Below are positions 25,650-34,056 of a DNA stretch of 64,000 bases, piece by piece. Both the position numbers and the translations under genes were made by a program. Position 1 is the first letter of the stretch. The number at the start of each line of letters is the position of its first letter. The stretch comes from an uncultured virus (IMG/VR IMGVR_UViG_3300028586_000785) (Duplodnaviria > Heunggongvirae > Uroviricota > Caudoviricetes): the IMG/VR virus record IMGVR_UViG_3300028586_000785; one strand, 5' to 3'. The notes below the pieces were generated by a model that searched no databases, was not told where the DNA came from, and saw only the letters and a list, made by a program, of their open reading frames with translations.

Positions 25650-27486
25650 CGTTCTTTTTCTCGATTTCTTCCTTGATGCGAGCTACGTCGATAGCCAAAT
25701 CGATAGTCAGCGCTAACAGGTTCTTATGGTATTCGACGTTTTCTGCCATCACCAATAGCTCCCTCACACCGACAAGACGCTTGATATTAGCCTTTGAGAG
25801 ACGACCTGTAGCAATTATCTGACGGCTGTTTGCAGAGATGAGAGCCAGGATAGACTTCAATGGTCGGGTGATATCGACAGTATCCTCATGGGTCAAAAGA
25901 CCATTGATCTCCCTATCAATGTCAGTCTTGCTCATCTCGGTCTTGTTGATAGGCTCTCCGAAAAGCACTGCCGTCATGGTCGCCAAAGCTGTCTCTGAGG
26001 ACACCTGTAGCCAGTGCGAGAGTACGTCGAGGACATCCTCATCATCAAGGTTGTAGAACAGTGCATCCTTTTCGTCATCACTCAGAAGCATCACGAAAGA
26101 GATCAAAGCGGCGGAGTTTGCATCGATGACCGAAGTCGCTCCTTCTGCGTATTTGATGCTTTTGGACACGTTGACTCGGGACAAGTTTCGGATGTAAGCG
26201 GAGCGGTTTTGACCCCTCTTCTTGGCGGCAAGAGCAGCCAACTCGTTCTTGTTGCTGTCTGACTCAATGGACGAAATAGCGTTGGCGACCCACATATCGA
26301 AGTCATCATTCTTGGTCTTTCGCTCACGTTCGATGTCAATAGCAACACTCAGTAGGGGCTTGGCTGCCTCTACAAGGTCGCTAATCGTGATGTCCGAGTT
26401 CTTCTTAAACACGATATCGAAGGGGTCATTGTCGTCCCGCAGGATTACCGCGTAGAGGTCTTCTCTCTTATTGATAGCCCATGTGAGCTTGCTCGTAGCG
26501 TTCATTCCTGCATCATCACCATCGAACATGAAGGTAATTTCATCTGCACTGTTGAGCATTTCAAGGTGATGAGGGGTCGTTGCAGTACCACAGACAGCTA
26601 GCCCGATAGCGTTTGATTCGGACTCGGTAATGGCAATAGCATCGAAGTAACCCTCGCAGATGACAACAGATGAGGGCTTCTTATTCCTAGATAGCTCACC
26701 TCCGTCAAATAGAATCTTCGACTTGTCGTAGACAGAAGTAGTGGTTGGGTTGACCCACTTTCCTTCTCCATAGTGGCTTACGCCGGGAACTTCACGAGCA
26801 CCAAATCCCAATACAGCGCCAAAACGGTCAGTAATAGGAATGATGATTCGACCGTATAGAGACGTATAGTGAGACCCATCCGACTCGCCAAGAACGCCGC
26901 CCGCAACTGCGGCACGGGTTGAGTAATCATCCCCGGCAGCCTTGGTGATGAGTTTAGTAGCAACCTTGTTGGTATCTGGAAGGAACCCAATTCGGTACTT
27001 TTTGATGATCTCGTCTGTGACTCCACGACCTGATAGGTAGTCGTAAGCCTTTTCGGCACCCTCATCTTCACTGTCAAAAAGGTAGTTGGTAGCAGCAATG
27101 GAAACCCTATCGAGGGTGTCCTTGATCCTGGTCGGAGAGATCTCTTTCTTCTCGCTTTTGTACTCAGGAAGCTCTACACCTAGCTCTTCTGCAAGACCTT
27201 GAACTGCAAGTGAGAAGGCACTTTTGTCGTGACTGTCATAGCCGTGCTGGATGATCCAGAAGTCAAAGATGGAACCTCCGCCGCAGTTACTGAAGCAATG
27301 CCATACACCCTTGTCGTCGTTGACAGAGAATGCAGGTGAGTTCGTATTGTCATGAAGCGGGCAGAATCCCATGAATTTACCCTTGCCACCAGTCTCCTTG
27401 AGCGGAGAAATGGTGAACTGGTTGACGTAATCAGAAAGGCGCATGGCGCTCTTGATCTGATCGAGGGTGGTGTTTTGTGCGTTCAT
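25642..27486 (-). CDS. dnaG: DNA primase
   Basis: CHC2 finger CPLH...WHCFSNC; GRIIIPI...GFGAR; TOPRIM CEGYFD...FDGDDAG. Confidence 0.95.
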   Translation of the reverse strand: MNAQNTTLDQIKSAMRLSDYVNQFTISPLKETGGKGKFMGFCPLHDNTNSPAFSVNDDKGVWHCFSNCGGGSIFDFWIIQHGYDSHDKSAFSLAVQGLAEELGVELPEYKSEKKEISPTRIKDTLDRVSIAATNYLFDSEDEGAEKAYDYLSGRGVTDEIIKKYRIGFLPDTNKVATKLITKAAGDDYSTRAAVAGGVLGESDGSHYTSLYGRIIIPITDRFGAVLGFGAREVPGVSHYGEGKWVNPTTTSVYDKSKILFDGGELSRNKKPSSVVICEGYFDAIAITESESNAIGLAVCGTATTPHHLEMLNSADEITFMFDGDDAGMNATSKLTWAINKREDLYAVILRDDNDPFDIVFKKNSDITISDLVEAAKPLLSVAIDIERERKTKNDDFDMWVANAISSIESDSNKNELAALAAKKRGQNRSAYIRNLSRVNVSKSIKYAEGATSVIDANSAALISFVMLLSDDEKDALFYNLDDEDVLDVLSHWLQVSSETALATMTAVLFGEPINKTEMSKTDIDREINGLLTHEDTVDITRPLKSILALISANSRQIIATGRLSKANIKRLVGVRELLVMAENVEYHKNLLALTIDLAIDVARIKEEIEKKNDD

Positions 27487-27544
27487 CAGTTAGTAGTTTC
27501 GTCTTCTTAGTGTGGGTGTGAATGGTACATCTTTGTGGAGCCAA

Positions 27545-27585
27545 ATGGGGCGGTACCGGATAATAGCATCCAGATACCGCCCCAT
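27545..27585. terminator. Terminator after recA
   Basis: ATGGGGCGGTA/TACCGCCCCAT inverted repeat. Confidence 0.7.
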
Positions 27586-27596
27586 CAATAGCTGAG

Positions 27597-29168
27597 TTAG
27601 GCTACCTCAGCAGCGTCTTCCGACTCTACTGTCTCGGTGCTAGCCTCTGCCTCGGCGGTGTCTTCCTTCTTAGGGCGACCACGACCGCGCTTAGGAGTGT
27701 CAGCATCCTCATCAGCCTTGGGCTTTGCAGGACGACCTCGCTTGGGCTTGTCCTCATCAGCAGCGCCCTCAATAGCCTCATTAGAAGCTCCCTCGATGAC
27801 GTTCTGAGCGGCAAGAGCACGACGCTCAGCAACGGTCAGGAGGCGCTTGGTGTTCAGCGTGGTAGCGTCAGGACGCACCTTACGGGTGGCTGCAACTTCC
27901 TTCTTCTCTCGCACCTTGGCACGAATGGCAAGCTCAAGGCTGCTGAGCAAACGAGGGAAGTCAGACAGCGAATCAATGAAGTTCTGACGGAATCGAACGG
28001 TGTAGTACTCCTGGTCATCTTCGAACTCAGAATCGAAGTTGTCCACGTTGTTGGAGTTCACGAACTCTCCATTGTCGTCAACCTCACCCTTTTGCTCAGC
28101 ATCAAACAGACCATTGTCGAGGTGGATATCAAACTCATCCTCTCGGATAAGGTCGATCATCTTCTCGTTCAACTTGAGGGTGAAGTTGTTCTTGCTGGAC
28201 TCCAAAGTACCAGTCTTGGAGTCCCACTTCGTGTCAACGAGAACGAGATCAGCGAGGATTGCAGCCTCGATTACGTCCTCAGCCCAGTTGACTGGCTGAC
28301 CTGCGGGGAGGTAGTAGCTAGCCTTGCGACCCTGACCAGCACTGGTCTTGTTCTTGACGAACTTGACGGTCGTGTCCTGTCCGGTACGAACGTTATCCTT
28401 ACCTTCGACGCGAGCCTTAGCAGAGATTTCGAGACGAGCGGATGCAGCGAACTTGATGAACTTACCACCAGGGGTCTGCTTCTTTGCGTATCGGGCGTTA
28501 GTAGCCGTCGTGTCGGCACGAGTCTGGTTGACGAGCAAGATGATGGAGTTAGTGCGAGCAGCCAGAGTAATCAGCTTAGGACCGTTCTCAGCCCATCGGT
28601 TTGCCTCAGCCATCATCGAACGCTCACCAGCGTTCTTCTCCATGACCTCTACCGACTTGATTGCAGGAACAGAGTCGAAGATGAATAGAATACCGTTGGT
28701 AGAGCCAGCCTTCACCTCTTCCTTCATCATCTTCAGCATGATGTCCATAGCATCCTCAAGGGAGTCAGGACGGTTCACGAGCATCTTGTTTACATCGACA
28801 CCTAGGTCTGCGGAGTACTCAAGGTTGAGGGTGTTCTCCGCGTCAATGAAGACTACGGGCATTCCATTACGCTGTGCTGATGCCGCAGTGTGGAGGAAGT
28901 TCGTGGTCTTACCGGCAGACTCATCACCGTAGATCTCGACCATCTTTCCCTTGGGGTAGCCACCAATGCCGCTGGCGACATCAAGGACGGCAATACCGGT
29001 AGGGAGTACGTTTGTCTCGTTGTAGCCATCATTGCTATCTGCGAGCGTATTGACACCAGCCTGCTCTAGCAATCGGGCAAGCATCGTGTCCGATGCATCT
29101 TCGTTTAGCAGTACGTCAGCGGTCTCATCTACCGTCTCCGTTACCTCTGCGTTGCGCTTTCTAGCCAT
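27597..29168 (-). CDS. recA: RecA recombinase with a long C-terminal extension
   Basis: TGIAVLD.ASGIGGYPKG..EIYGDESAGKTT; FIDAEN; FDSV; NQTR; TPGG..IKF.AS.R; KNK. Confidence 0.95.
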   Translation of the reverse strand: MARKRNAEVTETVDETADVLLNEDASDTMLARLLEQAGVNTLADSNDGYNETNVLPTGIAVLDVASGIGGYPKGKMVEIYGDESAGKTTNFLHTAASAQRNGMPVVFIDAENTLNLEYSADLGVDVNKMLVNRPDSLEDAMDIMLKMMKEEVKAGSTNGILFIFDSVPAIKSVEVMEKNAGERSMMAEANRWAENGPKLITLAARTNSIILLVNQTRADTTATNARYAKKQTPGGKFIKFAASARLEISAKARVEGKDNVRTGQDTTVKFVKNKTSAGQGRKASYYLPAGQPVNWAEDVIEAAILADLVLVDTKWDSKTGTLESSKNNFTLKLNEKMIDLIREDEFDIHLDNGLFDAEQKGEVDDNGEFVNSNNVDNFDSEFEDDQEYYTVRFRQNFIDSLSDFPRLLSSLELAIRAKVREKKEVAATRKVRPDATTLNTKRLLTVAERRALAAQNVIEGASNEAIEGAADEDKPKRGRPAKPKADEDADTPKRGRGRPKKEDTAEAEASTETVESEDAAEVA

Positions 29169-29272
29169 TCGTTTTATCTCTCTTCGTTGTGTTTATGAAT
29201 TGTTGTAGGTTTGTTCTACCCCCACATAGTAGCCACATCATTACACCTAGTCTGTGGAAAATCAAGAGGAAA

Positions 29273-29629
29273 TTAAACCTCTTCATCGTCCTGATATGGT
29301 AGCGGTTCCGCAATCTTTCGAGTGGATTGCGATAGGTCAATATCGTGATGCTCTTCAACGAGAATCACTGCTTCATCGAGCAAAGCACCATTGGCTGCTC
29401 GGACATCCTGAATGCGTTTCCACGACTGCAAGGCGAAGTGCAGATCGAGGATATCGTCTTTGCTCAGGTGCGAAAAGGACTCGACGTTCTGATTCAGAAT
29501 GTCGCTAGCTAGCTCTAGGCGGTCATCTCTGGACTTGACTCCTGCCTGGGATAGAACAACGAAAACACCTTTGCGAGCACGGTTGGTCTCTGCATCAATC
29601 GGTGGTTGGTTCTTCATATCTGTGTGCAT
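29273..29629 (-). CDS. Hypothetical protein
   Basis: 118 aa ORF in the same orientation as its neighbours. Confidence 0.65.
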   Translation of the reverse strand: MHTDMKNQPPIDAETNRARKGVFVVLSQAGVKSRDDRLELASDILNQNVESFSHLSKDDILDLHFALQSWKRIQDVRAANGALLDEAVILVEEHHDIDLSQSTRKIAEPLPYQDDEEV

Positions 29630-29681
29630 CTCTTCTCTGTGGAAGGGAGATTAGCACATGGTTCGGAGCTTGTAAACAGTC

Positions 29682-30287
29682 TTATCGAGCCATTTTGTTG
29701 AGTAGCGAATCGATCTTCGGACTGACCTTTTGCGGCTTACCCAAAGCAGATTTGATCTTAGCTAGACCAGCACCATGTAGATACGATCTAATGTTGCCCG
29801 GCCACTTCAAGGCGAAGACACTCGACGGTGCCTTACCGCGAGCATTGGTAGGCATGAATACAACGATTGCTTCTACACGGATGCCAGGAAGATTGGCGCG
29901 GTATCTGCTGACAGCACCAGCCATGTTCTTGCCTAGCTCCCACTTGTTACCCTTCTTCATTGGCGTTACGCCCTTGAAAGGAAGACCGAATAGTGTCCAA
30001 TAGTGATACCCACCAGCCCATCTCTTGACATCAATAAGGATTAGCCTGTCACCCGAAGCTACGGCAACATCAACATCGCTGTTGTACTTAGTACCATTGG
30101 GGTTCTTCGGATCGGATGGAATGCGCAGGCTGTACCAAACATCGTAATCTCGGGTAATTCCATGCTTTGCGAGTAGTGTAGCGAACTGTTCTTCGCCAAC
30201 TCGACCAGCAGCGGCAGAAGCAGCACCGTACTTTTTGGCGATACCACCATCGTTGAATGATGTTCCGGCAGAGTTGCGTGAAGCCAT
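29682..30287 (-). CDS. NERD-domain nuclease-like protein
   Basis: G..GE...DVDVAV...LIDVKRW. Confidence 0.7.
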   Translation of the reverse strand: MASRNSAGTSFNDGGIAKKYGAASAAAGRVGEEQFATLLAKHGITRDYDVWYSLRIPSDPKNPNGTKYNSDVDVAVASGDRLILIDVKRWAGGYHYWTLFGLPFKGVTPMKKGNKWELGKNMAGAVSRYRANLPGIRVEAIVVFMPTNARGKAPSSVFALKWPGNIRSYLHGAGLAKIKSALGKPQKVSPKIDSLLNKMAR

Positions 30288-30307
30288 ACGGGGTTATCTC
30301 CTACTAA

Positions 30308-31084
30308 TCAGATGATGACATCGGGGATGTCCTCAGGTTCACTTACAGTACCACCGCGCTGACGCAACTCTTTCTTTTTCTGGCGTAGCGTTTTGGCTAT
30401 TCTCTCTACTTGCTTCTTGACCCCTTCATCAGTAGCTAGGTCTTCATCGGTACAAGAAAGAACAGTCCACCCTTGCGAAGACAACTCGGATCTGATGTCG
30501 GCATCCTTGGTTGCTTTCGCTCTGTTTCCATCCAAAACAACGTTCTGCTTTGCTTTGTCAGTGGCGCTCTCAGCAATCAGTTTCATGCGCTCAGTATCGT
30601 CTTTTGTGACGTGCCACCATAGACCGTCCATAAAGAATGCAAGCTTGATGTCCTCCCAAACGAAGTCGGGGGTAGTGAGTTCACTACCATCTTCTCGTGC
30701 AAGGCGAAGGTTGCGGTTCGGGTTAGGAATGTTGGCGTTGAGTAGACCTTTGAGTAGCTTCTCCTCCTCTTTGGAACCCTGCTTCTTCATACCAGCTTGG
30801 CTAACACGACGTGTATGTTCGAACGCAGAGACATTGATGCCATCAAATACTCGCCTGAAAGTTTCTAGCTCGCCAGTGTTGAATCGAGTGATGTACCAAC
30901 CCTTTTTATCGAACCCATCTAGCTCATCTCCCTCTAACGAGATGCCGATTTTGGAGCTAGGGATAGCAATAGCCACATGAGACTCAGATTTGGGTAGGTC
31001 ATAGTCCACCTCTATCTCGTGAGGATCAACTCCAAGCCGCGCGAACAAGGCGTATATGGACTGGATGAAGTGGTTGTCGCTCAA
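30308..31084 (-). CDS. Vsr/DUF559-like endonuclease
   Basis: PDFVW...FFMDGLWWH...KD....EL...GWTVL. Confidence 0.75.
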   Translation of the reverse strand: MSDNHFIQSIYALFARLGVDPHEIEVDYDLPKSESHVAIAIPSSKIGISLEGDELDGFDKKGWYITRFNTGELETFRRVFDGINVSAFEHTRRVSQAGMKKQGSKEEEKLLKGLLNANIPNPNRNLRLAREDGSELTTPDFVWEDIKLAFFMDGLWWHVTKDDTERMKLIAESATDKAKQNVVLDGNRAKATKDADIRSELSSQGWTVLSCTDEDLATDEGVKKQVERIAKTLRQKKKELRQRGGTVSEPEDIPDVII

Positions 31085-31758
31085 TTGAACAGATCCTTAA
31101 TGTCATCCTCATTGACAGTAACAGCGGAGTCCGACCCGAAGAATTCTTCAAGATCTAGCTCATCGATACCTTCTGCTGGCTGCTCTGGAATCTCTTCCGG
31201 TTTTGACTCCCAGAAGGGTTGCGGGTCAACTATCTCACCAGTGAGAGGGTTGGCTCTCTGCTCGGGTACTGCAAGTGAAGGTCTGGGCTTCTTCTGCCCA
31301 ACCGTGGCGAGGTCTTCATCTCCTAGACCTTCGAACTCTAGTGACGGAATGTTCTTGTTGGTAACTCGCACTAGGTCAGCAAGTTTTCCCTGCCACGGCC
31401 AGCCTGCTGGCATCTCAGGTCGAGTAGAGGCAAAAGAGGGCGGCGGAAGCTCGAAGATTCTCTTGAACTTACCAGCCTTGATGGTTGCTGACCGCAGTGT
31501 CTTTACTGTGTCGTTGGACTTGAAACCATTCTTCAGAAGCACAGATGTAGCAGCCGCCTCGCTCCACCCGGGAAGCTGTTCGAGAATGGTGCTAAGGCGC
31601 AAATTAGCCACATAGGTGGAATCGCGCTCCTTCATTCTGGAGAAGGTAATAGCGTCATCAATACCGAGTTCACCAGCGGAGATAGACTGCAACCAAGACT
31701 CGCGTACCTTCTTGGATTGCTTGCGCGCCTCTACGCTATCGATAGTAATTTCTGCCAT
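31081..31758 (-). CDS. Actinobacterial IHF (mIHF)-like protein with an acidic tail
   Basis: ARKQSKKVR...AGELGIDDAI...VANLRLSTILEQLPGWSEAAA resembles the mIHF H2TH core. Confidence 0.6.
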   Translation of the reverse strand: MAEITIDSVEARKQSKKVRESWLQSISAGELGIDDAITFSRMKERDSTYVANLRLSTILEQLPGWSEAAATSVLLKNGFKSNDTVKTLRSATIKAGKFKRIFELPPPSFASTRPEMPAGWPWQGKLADLVRVTNKNIPSLEFEGLGDEDLATVGQKKPRPSLAVPEQRANPLTGEIVDPQPFWESKPEEIPEQPAEGIDELDLEEFFGSDSAVTVNEDDIKDLFN

Positions 31759-31795
31759 GCGGACATACTAACCCACCGAACCTAGGCGGATTTCG

Positions 31796-32779
31796 TTATC
31801 GTCGATTAGCCATTTTGAACTGATTGGCAAGCTCGATAACAAGGATCTCCATAACAGCAATGGGCGGAATTCCAGTAGCTCCACCCTTTAGTGATACGTC
31901 TGTATTGAGAATCGACTGCATTGATTTGGCGATACGAACGCCGCCCAGAGCCTTAGCTTCATTGAACAGATACTTGGCTGCGTAAGGATTACCGCCAGCT
32001 TCTTTGACGAACGCCTGTGGATTGTTGAAGTTGAGCGCGGTGATGTAACTCTGGTATCTCTTGCGAAGCATACCCAGCACTGCTAGCGGTGCCATGCCAC
32101 CATCCAAGACGCGGGTGAGTATCTCAACAGAACCAGAAATGTCACCCTTCGCCAAAGCTCCCGTAATCTTGTACGGTGCGACAAATCCCATCTTGCCTGC
32201 AACCGGCGAGATGTGTTCCTTCCAATTGACTTTTCTACCAAGGCTGTTGGCAAGTACAGCACGCGAAATGGAGACGGCAAGGTCTCGATCCTCGCCACAG
32301 AATTCAGCTAGTTTGAATGCGTCTTGAATCGAGATTTCGGAACCATTGCGAGTGAAGTACATTGCTATCCACTCACCAAAACCAGGGTTCTCTTTGGGAA
32401 TGATGTAGTCAAAATCATCATCGATGATATCCGTGATTGCTTTGACAGCCGCCGCGTCTTTTTCTTGGGTGAATGCCACAACGAGGGGGCATTCCATCTT
32501 CTGTAGATAGGTAACTAGCTTCTTAACGTCAGGCGCTGACCAGTCTTGTAGGTTGTGGAAGATAAATGCCTTCTGCGACATGAACAGGTCGAAGAACTCG
32601 CCACCTAGACCAAGTGCCTCTATGCCCTTATCGGCAATGAGCTTGGAGTCATAATCACTCAAATCAATGTGCTCAACACGGACATCTTCACTCTCACGGT
32701 TCTCCTGCATCCAACTATCTAGCTGAGTACGGTAAGCCTCGCTAACCGCTCCGCGCCATACAGAGGTCTTTTGCAGCAT
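31796..32779 (-). CDS. holA: DNA polymerase III delta subunit-like clamp loader
   Basis: Length and pattern LF..., AFKLAEFCGED, PLAVLGML, TDVSLKGG...MEILV. Confidence 0.75.
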   Translation of the reverse strand: MLQKTSVWRGAVSEAYRTQLDSWMQENRESEDVRVEHIDLSDYDSKLIADKGIEALGLGGEFFDLFMSQKAFIFHNLQDWSAPDVKKLVTYLQKMECPLVVAFTQEKDAAAVKAITDIIDDDFDYIIPKENPGFGEWIAMYFTRNGSEISIQDAFKLAEFCGEDRDLAVSISRAVLANSLGRKVNWKEHISPVAGKMGFVAPYKITGALAKGDISGSVEILTRVLDGGMAPLAVLGMLRKRYQSYITALNFNNPQAFVKEAGGNPYAAKYLFNEAKALGGVRIAKSMQSILNTDVSLKGGATGIPPIAVMEILVIELANQFKMANRR

Positions 32780-32833
32780 GTGGTGTCCTATCAGTTGTTC
32801 AGAACGAACTATACCTCATCGAACCACTGATGT

Positions 32834-33418
32834 CTAGCTTGCCTTTTGGAACTGAATCCCGTTTTCGACAGCAGCATTGGCGATAGCAACTTCATCGATC
32901 ACGATTACTTGATAGCGCTCTTCATCTGCAACACCAAGCATTCCCTTCCCATTGTCTACCGAGAAGCCACGCATTTCGTCTGCATAGTCAGGCTCTTTTT
33001 CATCAAGGATGTGAATGTTACCTGAACCATCGATAACTGCAATCTCGTCGCCTTTTACATCTCGACCCATCATGATGATCGACTGTAGAGGGAATCGTTC
33101 TAGAACGTTTTCAGAAGTAGGCTTGTGTAAGTCGTTACCGCGCATGTACTCGACCTGACTTTCAAGGTCATCCATAGTGAAGAACGGGTAGCCCTTAATT
33201 CCCGCCGAATCGCGGGGGAACTCTTGTTCGCGTTCCTTTTGAAGTCTGTACTGCCAAGAGCCAGGACCGGTAGCGTTACGGAATCCGTGCTGACCCTTAG
33301 GGGTTACTGCTAGTTGCTCGTGCTCATGAAACCTGCAATAACGGATTGGAGCATCAGTCCTTAGCGGGTTCTTGCAACCCTTGTGTAGACATCCCTTGCC
33401 GTTGTTTTGCTGGTTCAT
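32834..33418 (-). CDS. Hypothetical protein with an N-terminal CCCH motif
   Basis: CLHKGCKNPLRTDAPIRYCRFH; AGGAGG RBS. Confidence 0.7.
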   Translation of the reverse strand: MNQQNNGKGCLHKGCKNPLRTDAPIRYCRFHEHEQLAVTPKGQHGFRNATGPGSWQYRLQKEREQEFPRDSAGIKGYPFFTMDDLESQVEYMRGNDLHKPTSENVLERFPLQSIIMMGRDVKGDEIAVIDGSGNIHILDEKEPDYADEMRGFSVDNGKGMLGVADEERYQVIVIDEVAIANAAVENGIQFQKAS

Positions 33419-34056
33419 CAGCATCCTCCTGAGTCATTCATGATGGGGTCCATTTTCAGGACTTTGTAGTCAGGAGTAGCGTCAACCTCTGCTTGATTCA
33501 TTACCTCGATTGCCAGGACACTGTTAGAGCCAACAAAACCGACTCTATAGGTGAGTGTAAAGGTGCTTACACTGGCAATTTCTGCGTTTGATACTGCCGC
33601 GCAGAACGGAATTGAATATGGATCGAGACCTTCGTACAACTGCTTTGTCTCATCATCATACAGTTTGGGTATGACAGCGGCACGCCAAGCGTCAGTTGGA
33701 AGACTACGGTTGGTTAGGTCTTTTGCGAAGGCTGTAGTGAACTCCGTTCCTTGCTGGATTGCCACATCATTCAAGTCTTCGTGTTCGCCAGCATCACCAG
33801 GGAAGCCAGGAGCAGATTCGTCTACTGACGGGGTAGGAGCGGGTGTCGGACTAGTAGTGGGCTGGGTGGTAGAACCGCTTCCAGAGCTACCACCGTTACT
33901 ACCTCCATTACCATTGCTACCAGATGAGTTACCTCCACTGGAGTTGTTGGAGCTATTGTTCACTGAGTCATCGCTAGAGCAGCCCGCCAGGAACATCGTT
34001 CCAAGCAGTACTCCGGCAATAGCCAACTTAGTTCCAGTTCGTTTGATCCCAAGCAC
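33418..34056 (-). CDS. Lipoprotein
   Basis: Basic N-terminus, hydrophobic core, lipobox LAGC, Ser/Gly/Pro linker; GTG start with an AAGGAG RBS. Confidence 0.75.
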   Translation of the reverse strand: MLGIKRTGTKLAIAGVLLGTMFLAGCSSDDSVNNSSNNSSGGNSSGSNGNGGSNGGSSGSGSTTQPTTSPTPAPTPSVDESAPGFPGDAGEHEDLNDVAIQQGTEFTTAFAKDLTNRSLPTDAWRAAVIPKLYDDETKQLYEGLDPYSIPFCAAVSNAEIASVSTFTLTYRVGFVGSNSVLAIEVMNQAEVDATPDYKVLKMDPIMNDSGGC

